Shown here: positions 44,767-57,133 of the stretch, piece by piece
How the letters are laid out: every line of letters begins with the position of its first letter
How positions within the stretch are numbered: position 1 is the first letter of the stretch
Source of the DNA: Schizochytrium sp. TIO01
Taxonomy: Eukaryota; Protista; Bigyra: Labyrinthulomycetes
Assembly (NCBI GenBank): GCA_004764695.1
Contig: SMSO01000035.1
Coordinates: 2,108,001 to 2,172,000, forward strand
DNA length: 64,000 nucleotides
Reading direction: 5' to 3'
Notes under the pieces: model-generated
The model's database searches: none
The model's input: the letters and a program-made list of their open reading frames with translations, nothing else
What the model was told of the DNA's origin: nothing
Made by a program: the position numbers and the translations under genes

Positions 44767-45758
44767 GATTTCGTTTTCATTCTACAAAAGCACATACATA
44801 TAAAATATATTGATTAAGATCTGCTGTTACTATTGATAATGATGTCTATTCTCTACAATTTTTGATTAATCAGACAACGCAAATTTAACGCAAAATGCCC
44901 TTTGGGTGATGACTTGTGTCAGTGAGCCTAGGAGATCCTTTACTGCGTGTTCTTGTTGTTGCCTTTTCCCTCTCTTTTAAAAAAAAGAAAGAAGAAAACG
45001 AAAAAGAATGTATTTTCTGATTCATAATCGATTGAATTAAGTCATCATTGAACGACTCGATAAATCAACCTTTGATCAAAAAAGACGTTCTTAGAAGAAA
45101 TAAATAAATAAAATGAAAATGAAAATGGAATATGTAGGAAAGTTGCTAATTACATGGAAACTTGGATGTAATTTAAAGTTGGGCAACATTTATAAGACCT
45201 GCTGTTATGATTTGCGTGCTAAATTTTGAATGTAGGTCAACAAAGTGCTTTTTGAAGATTTGCTTTCCTGTATTCAGATGTATGCATATGAATCTCGTGC
45301 CTCGACGTACACATGTAGAAAATAGCAACTTGATTATAAATCGATGTATGCGTATGGGCATAAGCCATTAGTACGAGCATCAGGCATTGCAATGGCAGCA
45401 TGAATGACAAAATTCAACCATATTAAGCCAAGGAAGAGAACATTGTAAAATGCGAAAAGAAGCAATGGGTCAAAAAGTTGTTTATGGTTTTTTCTTGGGT
45501 TAGATTTGATAAAAGGTTGGGATTGTAGAATGTCGAGGGCTGGTGATGCTGTTGTAAGACAAATAACAAACACTAGCAGAAAGTGCTGGCAGCACCACTC
45601 GGCTCACAGATTTAGGCCACTTCAGCCCATCTGCTACACCGTTCTCCTGACTGCATGCTGGTCTCCGCGACTTGCAGCAGCCCTTGAATGCAGTGCCGCT
45701 CGCAACTAGCATCATGTGAGGCAACTGAGCATATAATATTTACTACGTCGTCTCTGGT

Positions 45759-46298
45759 TTATGCCGAAAGCCGCTTGCGACCCTTGTTACGCCGCCGCTC
45801 CAGCGTACGCCGTCCTCCGACGCTCTTAAGGCGGCTACGGAAGCCATGTTTCCGCTTGCGCTTGAGCACACTCGGCTGGTAGGTCCGTTTGATCATCTCG
45901 AAGATAAACTGGCTCACTGCCGCATCTACCTCCTGTTGAGTCTTAGGCTGCAACACGCCTTCTCCGCGCACGACGGCCACGTCCGCTGCGGCCTTGACCG
46001 CCACAGCATCAGCCGCGGTCACGGCGAGCGCGCTGCTCACGATGCGGAGGAAGTCTGCGTTGAGGGCGTCAGTAGGGAGCACGAGGGCATCCTGGGAGCG
46101 CTGCGGGAGCGTCTGAAGAGAGCGGTGTGCGAAGAGGTTCGTGGACGAGGCCGGCGTGAAGCAGGCCGGGCTCGCGGCGGGCAGCGATGCGGAGGCAGCG
46201 GCAGCGCGAACGAGATGGGCGGTGGAGGCCGCGCCAGAGAAGGAAGACACCGACACAGGGGCCGCACGCAGGGCGAGGCGCGAGAGGGAGGAGAGCAT
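45759..46298 (-). CDS. MRPL34: Mitochondrial ribosomal protein bL34m precursor
   Basis: C-terminal [43 protein letters not shown]; Ala/Ser/Arg-rich presequence [13 protein letters not shown] from the ATG at 46298. Confidence 0.95.
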   Translation of the reverse strand: MLSSLSRLALRAAPVSVSSFSGAASTAHLVRAAAASASLPAASPACFTPASSTNLFAHRSLQTLPQRSQDALVLPTDALNADFLRIVSSALAVTAADAVAVKAAADVAVVRGEGVLQPKTQQEVDAAVSQFIFEMIKRTYQPSVLKRKRKHGFRSRLKSVGGRRTLERRRNKGRKRLSA

Positions 46299-46690
46299 GG
46301 CTGCAGGCACGAGAGCGACGCGAGCAAAGGCGCGAGATAATAGTCTAGCAAGCCCAGACTCTTGCAGACCGCAGAGCAACCGAGAGCTGAGACGAGCAAG
46401 CGTCCACTCTTCTCCTCTCCGTTCGTACTATGCCTGCTTTCCTATAATCTACTTTGGGCCGCTTTAGTCCACTTCGCCGCCCTCCCTCGCAAGTACGTTA
46501 TAGACCTTCCCACTATAGAGTATACTCTCCACTGTGCAGTATACTGTGAAGCGCGCATTGCAATAGGTGGATTGAAGAGGAAAGGCTGACTACGGTTTCA
46601 GTAGGAGTCAGTAGCATCTGGACAATGTTCTTCTTTGCTGGGGGCCTATGTGGTACATAGGGGAAAGGGTAGGAGTGGCGAGATGAAGTA

Positions 46691-46792
46691 AATGCAATGG
46701 AATGCAATGCAATGCAATGCAATGGAATGCAATGCGATGCAATGCAATGCAATGCAATGGAATGCGATGGAATGCAATGGAATGCAATGCAT
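46691..46792. repeat. (AATGC)n pentanucleotide repeat with AATGG/GATGC variants
   Basis: About 20 units, read directly from the sequence. Confidence 0.95.
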
Positions 46793-49293
46793 TGCGAATA
46801 ACGCGAGACCAGAATGCAATATCCGAGTGCGGCTTGGAAAAGATGAAAATGAAGACGATATGCAAAATACAACGCAAGCCAAGAGCTTGCTTGGCACGCC
46901 TGAGTTCAAGTCAACTCGTCCAGTTCTGTCAGGCAACATACATTCTTGTTCTTCTCCATCGCGCCCCAAACTAGAACCGAATTCACACAACCTAGAAGCA
47001 GCAGCTGCAATCACACCAAATGCCAAGTGCCATGCAGTGCGTTGCGACTGAGGAACCCTGAGAATATAATCCATAACCAAGCTGAAGCAAACAACTGCTG
47101 CAACTATCGAATACCTAGAGAGGCGGCGATTTGCGGCAGCCACGAAGTAACCAAGGATATCCTTGACTTATTCCCACGGAGAACTAGGCCTCTAGAGCAA
47201 GAATATCCTAGGATATATAGGTGCGCTAGGTGCACTAGAGGGAGCGCTAGTGCGGCAGAGGAGCACTATGAGGAAGCAGAACTATCAATCAAAGTTGAAG
47301 ACAATCATCTCAGGCAGAGCGAAGCAAAGCTCACCAATTGTTGCATAACGTGGCGTGACTCAGCAGACTGCGCGAAGCAAAGATGTCTTCGAAGTTGATG
47401 TCGTGTTGAATGGTTTGGTGCGCGATGTGACACAGTAAGTGAAGCTCTATAGGTTGGTCGTTAAAGAGAGAGGAAGAGACTGAGCGTTCTCATGACCAAG
47501 ATGCTGACTTGAGCGACACGCTGCTGAGAAGCAGGAGACAGCAGCTGTCTGAGGATCTGCAGCCAGGAAACACGTACACAATATTGGTGCACTGTGCTGT
47601 AAATACTTGTGTGAAAGTATATGGGCCCAGACCGGCTTTCGTTGGGGTCAATGCGGCATGGCTCAGAGTATCGGTTTCTCGACCCCATTGTACCCAACGG
47701 TAGGCCGACTCGTCGGAAACAGACTGACAGCGAGCGAGAGAGGGAAAGCCCGCCCCGCCTGCACTCCATTACCTTCATGACGATCGGCAGGAACCTTCTA
47801 GCAAGAGGTAGGTCTGGAGCCCACGAGCAAAGTCTTGAGCGAAGAAGCTGGTTCTCATATGTAAACCAATAAGTGACTTGGTATGCTGGTTCCACTACGA
47901 AGGGAACTTTAGAACTCAGCCACAAAGTCTTCCATGTCTCTCAGGATTGGAAAATCAATTTAACCATGGCTTGCAGAATATGAGGCGCCTGACATGTGAG
48001 TGTTGAGTGTCAACCATGGTCGAGGGGGGATTCTCCAACACATTAGAGGGTCTCTATCTTGATATCCGCGATCATTTAGGCAGTTTTATTCCATTTTGGC
48101 CTTTTTTTAATTAAAATAAAACCAAACTCTTTTTTTCATCTAATAAATCTTGAAACAAGGAAGACAACCTTTCTTGACTGCACTGAGTGCTATGATGCGG
48201 AAATGTCCTCCTCCTGTAGCGAATAGCCCATCATCACGCCTCCTTCGCGGTTTGTCTAAACTGCTTAAAGCGCTGCAGCTGCGCTTTTTAGACATCAATT
48301 AAAATGAGAGCTTGACCTCGTGCCATCGTAGTTCTTCCAAATTCGCTCTGTATTAATATACTATTATCAGTTTTCGTTCCAATATTTGGCACACACCCCG
48401 AAATATCAGGTGAATAATATACTCGTTGAGATGTACACTTAGAACGACAATATTAAAATGAGGGTATATTTGGAACGAAGTATGTCTCTTCGTTTGAAGA
48501 GAGGTGGAGTTGTGCAATCTCAAGTTCCCTATTTGCCACAAGTCCAAAGAGGAAGAAAGAGGACTTTCGAAAGGCAAAAAAACATTGCAAATGGAACGCG
48601 AGGAACAAGTGGAGCAAAGTTTCGTATAACTCATAGTGATGGAGTTTTCAAAAGTAGGTTATAGACGATCATAAACAGAATATACTCAAAGTGAGTGTTT
48701 TGGAGGAAAAGAACGAATGCGACAGAAAACAATAGAAACAAACAAAACCAAATCAAAAACCTCATCAGCCGCGCTGTCCACTTGCAGGGCAGGCGCGTGC
48801 GGGGCCGTGCCGCCTCCCGCTTGTCGAGCTCGTTCTGCTGACCACAAGCATTGTGCTGACTGGGCAGCGTGCGGGGGCTTGGCATTCACGGAGCAAGCAA
48901 GCGAGTGAACAAGCGGCAAGCGAGCAAGCAAGCAAGTGCTCGTGCACGAGACGAGTTAACTTTGTTACTGTTTACTAGTGGATTAATTGCTTAAGTTTGC
49001 TAGGCGAAGCTGCAATCCAGAGAAACAAACCTCAGCCCAACGAGCAGCAGGAGTGCTCGCCTGCTACGATTTCGGTTATTATATAAGATCGAACTGAATA
49101 TAAGTTGCAATTTGGTCGCGAAATCCTGAGAGCGATAGCCTTTGCGTTCTGCTCTCACATCTAAAAGCCTTTCGCAAGGCCAACTTTGGAGTCGTCTTGA
49201 TAACCACTTAACACCCTCTGCAGGGGCTTTGGGGTCCAGTTTAGAATAGTGAACGGCGTGGAGACTGTGGCTTAAGGTATTTCTGGACCAGAG

Positions 49294-51171
49294 ATGTCCT
49301 CAAACCGCCTCGGACCAGGGACATTCCAGATGGCGAGAGCTGCTTCTGACGTGGCTGACCCTCTCCCAGGCAACAGCTCTGGCAAGGTGAAGACTGTACC
49401 TGTGAACCTACTCAATCGCCACACGAAACGTGTGCTTGGACGGCCAGATGGCTGGGAGAAGAGCGAATTTGATCGTCTCCGCCAGCTAAACCAAGGTCAA
49501 TCCTCAAATTACAAGTCACAAAGGGATCGTAGGCAGGAACTCGAAAGAGAACCTTATGCAGGTTTTCAACCCCCTCCAGGCTCACTCCTACTCAAGACGT
49601 CGCGCAAGACGAGTTCCACTCGCAGCGGCGGCACGGCAGCAGGCAGTGTGACTGCCAGCTCGTCCAATGACGGGGAGGACGCACCGGGGCGGCGCGCCAT
49701 GACCCAACATTACCGTGCCCTTCTGCTCGGGGAGGACAATAATGATGATCTAGATCCCCAAGGGAAAGACCTTCGCGACTCTCTCGCTGGAGGGGCACTT
49801 TCTCGCTCGCAGGCAAATATGTGGGCCAAGGCCTCGCGCGATGGGCGCGCTGAGGACTTTTTGCGTCCTGCACGCAAGCAACAACCTGAAAATAAGCTTA
49901 TCAGCAAGTATAAGGCCAACATCGTCCCTCGAGGAATGAAACGCCCACCACATACATATTTCACAGACTTGGGTCCACCGCAGCAAGACCATTTATATCA
50001 GTCAGCACAAGGGCAGCTACATCAACCATATCAGCAGATTTTTCAGCAGCAACAGCAGCAACAGCAACAATATCCTCAGCACCCATTTGCAAACGGTTCA
50101 CCATCTTCACAAATGCATGATGCGCCACGTCCGCCTCGTGCTGCGGACCATACCGCTAAATACTTCCAATACACTGAAGAAGACCTGAAGTCTAGTGTGG
50201 GACCAAACCATGGCAACCCTTTCGCTGTAAAGTCTGCAAATGACCAGGCGCGGTCAAGCACCCCTGGTGATGATGTTGATGATGTACTTCCCCCTCGCTA
50301 TCATGAACAACACCCAACTTCTAAAAGCACCGCCGGGACTCGGTCTCGTCGGGTGAGCACTGCTAGTCGCAAGCGTGAAGATTCTAACACAGGGTTGACT
50401 CAGTCCGAGTTTGAGGATGAGGACGAAGATGAAGAAGACGAAGAAGAAGAGGAGGAAGAGGTAGAGGTAGAGGACGGAGAAGAGGACATTGACGAGGAAA
50501 GTGAAGGTGTCGATGAAGAAGAAGAAGATGACGAGGAATCAGAAGAAGTCACCGTGGAAGGTGAAGATGAAGATGAGGACTTTGAAGACGAGAACAGCCA
50601 AAGCAGGGACGATCCCTCTGTATCAAAGTACTTGGAGATGATTGCGCAGCTCACTGAAGAGCTTGAGCGCGCACAGGACCGAATTGCGGATCTTGAACAG
50701 CAACGCGAAGAAGAGCAAGACGAACTTGAATCGGAGCTGGAGGAACTTGACAAAGGAAATCTGGACTTGAAAGGCCAAACCGTGGCTCTTCAGCGTCAAG
50801 TATTGCATCTTACATCTGAACGTCAGGATAACCTTGAGGAAATTCAAGCCCTTCAAGACGAAAATGTGCAGCTTCGTGCGGACTGTCACAAGATGGAACA
50901 AATCGCGAAAGTTCTCCACAAGAAGGCGGCTGTTTTGCAACAGCGTCTTGGCCAAGAAGATAGTCGTCAGCTTGAGCGCGCTGCCGAGCGTCGTGCTCGC
51001 GAGCAAGCTGGAGGCAGCCCGCATCCAGTCGAGACTATGGAAGATGCAATGGATCGAATTGCTGAGCTGGAGTCGCTCAATGAGGCTCTTCGTGCAGGCT
51101 TAGCCCAAGGTATGAGTAGTCGCACCAATCCCGCATCGACCTCATCAAACAATGAGACAGGGCCCTTTTAG
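49294..51171 (+). CDS. Disordered protein with poly-Q, a long acidic tract and a C-terminal coiled coil
   Basis: 625-aa ATG ORF; E/D tract at about 50410-50590; heptad-rich C-terminus. Confidence 0.82.
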   Translation: MSSNRLGPGTFQMARAASDVADPLPGNSSGKVKTVPVNLLNRHTKRVLGRPDGWEKSEFDRLRQLNQGQSSNYKSQRDRRQELEREPYAGFQPPPGSLLLKTSRKTSSTRSGGTAAGSVTASSSNDGEDAPGRRAMTQHYRALLLGEDNNDDLDPQGKDLRDSLAGGALSRSQANMWAKASRDGRAEDFLRPARKQQPENKLISKYKANIVPRGMKRPPHTYFTDLGPPQQDHLYQSAQGQLHQPYQQIFQQQQQQQQQYPQHPFANGSPSSQMHDAPRPPRAADHTAKYFQYTEEDLKSSVGPNHGNPFAVKSANDQARSSTPGDDVDDVLPPRYHEQHPTSKSTAGTRSRRVSTASRKREDSNTGLTQSEFEDEDEDEEDEEEEEEEVEVEDGEEDIDEESEGVDEEEEDDEESEEVTVEGEDEDEDFEDENSQSRDDPSVSKYLEMIAQLTEELERAQDRIADLEQQREEEQDELESELEELDKGNLDLKGQTVALQRQVLHLTSERQDNLEEIQALQDENVQLRADCHKMEQIAKVLHKKAAVLQQRLGQEDSRQLERAAERRAREQAGGSPHPVETMEDAMDRIAELESLNEALRAGLAQGMSSRTNPASTSSNNETGPF

Positions 51172-52212
51172 TTTTCTTTTCTTTATATAATGTTAGTGAA
51201 ACACTACTTTATCTGTATTGGCCACCGTGACATCTTCTTGTCTAATTATTTCAGCACACTAAGCTGAGCGGCAAAATTTATAATCGCAAAACTCTTGAGC
51301 AAAATTTAAAATTTAGACAATTTCGAAGAAGCTTATTCTTAGATTATTTCGATCTTCGTCGGCACAGTGGACACTCGTGGCTGATTTTCTTAGTAATTGA
51401 TATGAAATACATAAAACAAATGCACATGGATTGTTATTTTCCACTATCGCAGATGAGAGTGTTACGCTCCGCGACTGCATACTAGTAAAACTATATGTTT
51501 CTTCTTCCTCTCCAGGAGAGCTGCGAGTTTAGAACACCACCAATTCCTTTTAATCTGCTAAGCTGCTTTACCTATAGTTGTATTTGTCGTCCTCATAATC
51601 TAGACGTGCAAAGGCTTTGTTCGCCAAAAGAGGCTTTGTAGTCGCAAAAGTTTACCCCTAAATTACATCATATATATTAAGGGAATATCACGCATCAGTG
51701 GCATCACTGGTAACTTAAACATAGCCCAAAAAACAATACCTCAAAGCTTTCATTTGCATTGGTCGGTTATAGTAACCTTAAGGAGATGAGGAAGATGGTG
51801 ATGTCGTATCAGCGAGGTTGTATCGAAATTGTTCAACAATGATTGAACCTCTTATTTCTTGATGAGTCTCACCTTCTTATCCTGTAGGCCAGGCTCAACT
51901 TGCAGAAGCTAATACGCTATCGGATTAGTACAAAACTAGCGATATATAGAAAATAGCAAATGTTCACTACGGTATGTGCAAATGATTTCTTATGTTTTTT
52001 TGACATGTTTCTAAACTACTACAATCGCAGCGCTCAACGGGAGAGCCTTCCACCAAGAATGCTTACTTAATCAAAAGAACTTTAAGCGCGCCTTACAAGA
52101 CGGGCTATAGCTTTGAGTAAGCCTTAGTCAGTTACTCCTAGGAAATATCGAGCGCCCAGGAGGTCCAAAGAGTATCTTAGACAGATACTAAACGGAAGAA
52201 AGACCGAATTCT

Positions 52213-53730
52213 TTATATCTGTGAATCGATACCAAGGAATCGTTGAACCTGTTGGTCCTTGAGCGCCTGGTACCGAATCTCGGGGTTAGCCTCGGGGCCT
52301 AAAACACGAACGAAAAACTCTTCCAGACCAGCCATGCGTCGCCGAAGCAAATCCTCGTAGCGACGTCGCGAGCGCGTTGCACTCATCATTCCGCCTGAAC
52401 CACGCAGGGGAATAGGTGGCACAACGCGCGTGAATATGGAGTGCCGCGTTTCGTCAGTCTCTAGAAGCTTCTCGAGAACGCGATGGAACTCAACAATTGA
52501 TGCATACCGATGCCAGACCATCCACTCTTTCAGAGAGGCTTTTGGTCCTCCAGCAGCTTCAACCTGAGGGTTGACCCTGACCAAAAGCTCAAACTCAGAA
52601 AAGGTAGTGAGGCCCTTTTTGCGTTTTCTTACTTGAGAAATACTTACAACCACATCTAGGATTTGGTCGTCTTTGAATTTCTGCAGGAGCTCAGGACTCA
52701 TGATTGAAGGCGTTGTAGTGCCTTGGCTACTTAGACGAAGGGAATGATACAACTGGATGTGACGCATGGATGAAGTTGTAGGTGTAAGGGGTGTGAGAGG
52801 TGTTGATGGAAGATCCTGTAGGCTCGACAAACTCATGGTTGAAGTTGTGCTAGTTGTAGACATGATCGAAGTAGAGCGTCCATGCGAGGTAATGGGTCCA
52901 GGTATGTTCACTTTTCGAGGCGTCACAAAGGACTGCGATCGAGCCTTGTTCGTTTCGCATGTGAGCTGAGTCTTACTTGCTGGGGTGACAGAAGCAGTAG
53001 ATGATAGCGAGGATGAACTTTCATCCTTCACTGATGCCTGACTTCTCGGGGACCAGAACATTACAAGAAAGAGAGCAACAGTGTGAAATGCACAAAGAAA
53101 TGAGCCCCAAACACGCGAAGGTACAAAGAGCATGAGCGGGATTTGTGATAAGAGCAGGTAACTTAAAAGTCTAATCTTTTGTTCGCCCCAAAACGACTGT
53201 CGAGAAGTTTTTGCTACAGTGTCCCTCCGCTTAAAGAATCTTCGCTCAACAACAGGTTCTCCTTGTTGTCTCAGTACCTGCTGCTGTGAATCAGCTGAAT
53301 TTGATTTGCTGGGTACAATAGAAAGTCTTTGCTCTAACCGGGTCCCATTACGAAACACGCGGCGCTCATCGATCACCCTTCCTCGGGGAGTTTCGTACTC
53401 CATCCGCAAAGGTGTATCCTCTGATCCCTGAACAACGCATTTAACATGGTCTTGAGTCTCGCCGTTGACATCAAGTTCAAGTCGCTTCGAGCCATTTAGA
53501 GTTGAGATGACTAGACGATCTCCATCGACATTAATGTCTTGGACATTAGCTGAGAGAAGCTCATGGCGGGATTCCTTGCTCAAAGACCCAGAAGACTGGC
53601 ATGTGGAATTATCAACAGAGTATATCTCCCACACACCCTTAAGACTGCTGACACGGCTTGGAATTCCTGAGTCTTCTTCGGCATTGCCTTGAATCTTGCT
53701 ATTGCTTCGCTTATTGATCCAGAACCGCAT
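52213..53730 (-). CDS. PX-domain protein with an N-terminal FABP/lipocalin-like barrel and a TM hairpin (may have an upstream exon)
   Basis: PX motifs FELLVRV...WMVWHRYASIVEFHRVL...PPIP...RRRMAGLEEFF...VQRFL; N-terminal LKGVWEIYSVDN...ERRFFKR; two hydrophobic helices. First ATG at 53730; frame open to 53823. Confidence 0.8.
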   Translation of the reverse strand: MRFWINKRSNSKIQGNAEEDSGIPSRVSSLKGVWEIYSVDNSTCQSSGSLSKESRHELLSANVQDINVDGDRLVISTLNGSKRLELDVNGETQDHVKCVVQGSEDTPLRMEYETPRGRVIDERRVFRNGTRLEQRLSIVPSKSNSADSQQQVLRQQGEPVVERRFFKRRDTVAKTSRQSFWGEQKIRLLSYLLLSQIPLMLFVPSRVWGSFLCAFHTVALFLVMFWSPRSQASVKDESSSSLSSTASVTPASKTQLTCETNKARSQSFVTPRKVNIPGPITSHGRSTSIMSTTSTTSTMSLSSLQDLPSTPLTPLTPTTSSMRHIQLYHSLRLSSQGTTTPSIMSPELLQKFKDDQILDVVVSISQVRKRKKGLTTFSEFELLVRVNPQVEAAGGPKASLKEWMVWHRYASIVEFHRVLEKLLETDETRHSIFTRVVPPIPLRGSGGMMSATRSRRRYEDLLRRRMAGLEEFFVRVLGPEANPEIRYQALKDQQVQRFLGIDSQI

Positions 53731-54861
53731 GTTGCTTTGTAGTAGGACCGGGTCTCCTCCCTCGTCTCCAAGGCTTTCTGTTTGCTGGCCCTTCCGCTTT
53801 ACACAACAAAAGCAGCCGTGCAAGTGAGGTAACTAATTTGTGCTACTACCAAGTAGGTAGGTACTGATAAGAGTTACGCTACTCGCCCCCTTTTGCCTTT
53901 TTACTAACAGGAGGTTTCCCCTAGTGCGCAGTAGGTAGCTCCTATTGCCACGGCTATCCCTGCTTTTGTCTCAACAAATCAGTCTACTGCAACCAACTCA
54001 GAAAGGACGAAGGACGCAACTGATTAGCTAGCTAGCTACCCAACGCCAGCGCCAGGCCCCAGAAATTGGACTCCAAGCACCGACCTTTGGTGAAACGGGT
54101 CGAGGGGTGGATTGACAGAATTGCGATTCGTTCGATTGCTTGATCCGCTGATTCACGAGTTGATTTCGTGCTTCAGTGCCAATTGAGCGTGTGAGTGAAT
54201 GAATGAATCAATGAACCAATGAACTAACAAAGTCAATGGATCAAGAAATGAGATCGAATGAATCAATGAATGACAGGCCCGGCCAGGTTCAGCCTCGCGT
54301 CTGAGTCAGAGGTATACTCGACTTTGTGGTGCGCGCTAGCAAGCAGCTGGCACGCTCTCCAGAACGAGTTCCTGAACCAGACCCTCGAAAGAAACCGCAG
54401 AGGTCTACCTCGGCACGAGGTAGAGATGGAGAGATATAGAGCTAGCTATTCAGTCAGCTCGCTAGAAAAACGTCGGAGGCGGTAACCGCAATGCACACCA
54501 AACAAACCTCACCCTGGCCCCTTCTGCTCTCGCTCAGAGGAGGCCAAACACCCGTCAACAGCGATTAGATATTGTTGGTTCGATTGAGGTGTATTTTTGA
54601 GAATTGAGATGTAATGTAATGCAAGCAATGCAGTGCAAACACAAACAAACAAACAAACAAACAAACAAATCGATGTATGCACTTCCAAGCGATGAGTTCC
54701 TTTGCGGAATTCAACGCTTTCTTTCTGCAGGAAGCCAATCAGACAATCTCGCACAATGAACGTACAAAGCTGGCAGTCGCTCCCGAGTATTTTGTTGCGG
54801 CAGGCTACTCGCTCGCTCGATCGGTCGGTCGGTGGGATTCGCGAGAATGGACTGAGATCGA

Positions 54862-54970
54862 AGAAAGAAGAAGAGAAGAAAGAAGAAAGAAGAGAGAAGA
54901 AAGAGGAAAGAAAAAAGAAAGAAAAAAGAAAGAAAAGTGAAAGAAAGAAAGAAAGAAAGAAAGAAAAGAA
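54862..54970. repeat. GA-rich / (GAAA)n low-complexity tract
   Basis: Nearly pure purine run. Confidence 0.85.
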
Positions 54971-57133
54971 ATCGATGAACGAGAATCGATTATCGATCGA
55001 CGACTCAGCCAGCTCCTTCCCACGAGGAGATGAGCAGCTCAGGCCGCACCACGCGCAAGCGGCGGCTCCCCGCCGACTTTACCACCACGCTTGGCCTTCG
55101 CGAGCGCCCACGTCACCGCCCTGCGCTCCCAGCTTCTTCCGCCAGAGTGGTCGATCGGCTGGCCTTTGTATAATGTCCCGCTCTCCTCGTGCGCGGAGCG
55201 ACAAGGGTGCTTGCTGCCAGCCTTCGACGCTGGAGGAGCTGCCGTGCTAAGCTCGAGGGGACCCTGTCCTCCCCGGTAGCCTCGCAGGGGCTTTACCGCA
55301 GACGTGGCTGCCTCCTCGTGCCACGCGGGTGTCTCCACGCCGCCACGAGCGCGATTCGATTTTAAAACTCTTCCTTATACTCTCAAACTAATTGAACAAT
55401 CGCTATTGAATTGGAACCCCGCGGGAGGGCTTGCCGGCGAAACTCAGGGGGGTAGAGTATGTGGGTCTCGCAGCCTCACTGCAGCTGTCCATAGTCCATT
55501 TGAGCGTGGAGCACCAGCAAAAGTTTCTCTCTGCCCCTTTCGGAAAAAATAAACTTGCCAAGTGTCTTTGGGTTTCAGTTTCTCCGAGCACCTCATGAGG
55601 GACCAATAATTTTATTTTCTTTAACAAATTGCAGTACCATCATGATCATAGTTGATGAAGATGGGTACTGATTGTTGCTTGCTTGCTTGCTTGCTTGTGG
55701 CATTCAGGATATAAGCAAGGTGGCCAATCTGCTTTGTGAAGCAAGACGCGGTGGTTTCAAGGAGGCTGAGATCCTGGCGTATGAAAGCGTACCTATATCA
55801 GGCAATTGCTCGTCCAATAATAATAATCAATGTAGGTACTTCGGTAACAACTTTTGGAAAAGAAGGTAAGTTTAAAGTTGGAAACTCCAAACATTGGGTT
55901 TGGAAAACCATGATAGGTTAAAGAAAAAAAGTTATCATGACCTAATCTTGGACATTCCAGGCTAGAAAAAGGGAGCTAAACGCAAGGATAAAAGTGGGGA
56001 CAAGACCACGGGCTTTAATTAGCTCCGACCTCCAGCAATGTCAGCTCTGACATAACATAACTCAAGTACCTCCTGCTATTTGGCTGCCAAAAACGAGAAT
56101 GGCCATGACCAGCTCGAAAACCAGCTGCTGGAACTTTTAATTCCAAAGTGATAGGAGCTTGGGCTAGACAAAATGCTATTAGTAGCAGTCCCGATTTGGG
56201 GGAGCTCTTAATATTTACTGAAAATGGCGTAGACCAACCAACTGTTGTTAGGACGTCTGATACATATATCAGCAGAATGTGATCAAAGTTGATGGTATTG
56301 TCATAAAACAAACGCCAAACAAGGTTTCAATATGTCTGCTAATTCTAGTTCCCTACGTAACGGGATTTGATGCGGGTATGGCTAAACCCTAACTACAAAT
56401 CTAAAATCAACAGCGGCTTAAGACATTCGAGGGGGTGCACCTCATGATCTAAGGCTATGGAGCTTGACTCTGAGATATCAGTATCAAAAGCATGTCTGAA
56501 TAAAGTGTGTTTTGATGATCACTAAATTGATATAAAAATTGCAGATAGCCTTGTCAAGATTGGCTCTTCAAGAGAGAGACGGAGATAGGTGCTATAAATA
56601 TGGAGAAAAAAGAATCCGCAAACAGGCTGTTTGAAACGGCTGTCCAAAGAACGATTTATTTTATTCTCTAGAGCCACATATGAAATTTAGTATAACAGTA
56701 CCTAGGCTGTTACGTTTCTTTAGCTGTGTTGCCAGGAAGAGCTCGTATAGCTGAAAAACAAACATGGAATAGCTAATGGTATCCTTGGCAAGCAGTCTAG
56801 CAAACTCAGCATGAAGGAACTCACATTTTGCTTGTCAGAAATCTGTTAAGCAGGCAAAGGCAGAATAAGTTGAACAGTAAATTCCATGCGCTCGATAGTT
56901 CATGTGGAAGGGAAAGCCCACCGGGAAATAAATGCTCTCGCACGCAAGCTAACGACCACTACAGGGCGAAAAATGAGTGAAAGTGAAGAGGATATTGTCT
57001 ACGACAAACCAAGAAACTGGGATAGAAGTATATTAATTACATTAGCTTGAAATAAAGCATGCAATCTAATAAGCAGAACCTGATAGGAAAGCTTAATATC
57101 TTGCACTCCTAGGATTTTGCAAGTAAAGGTAGT

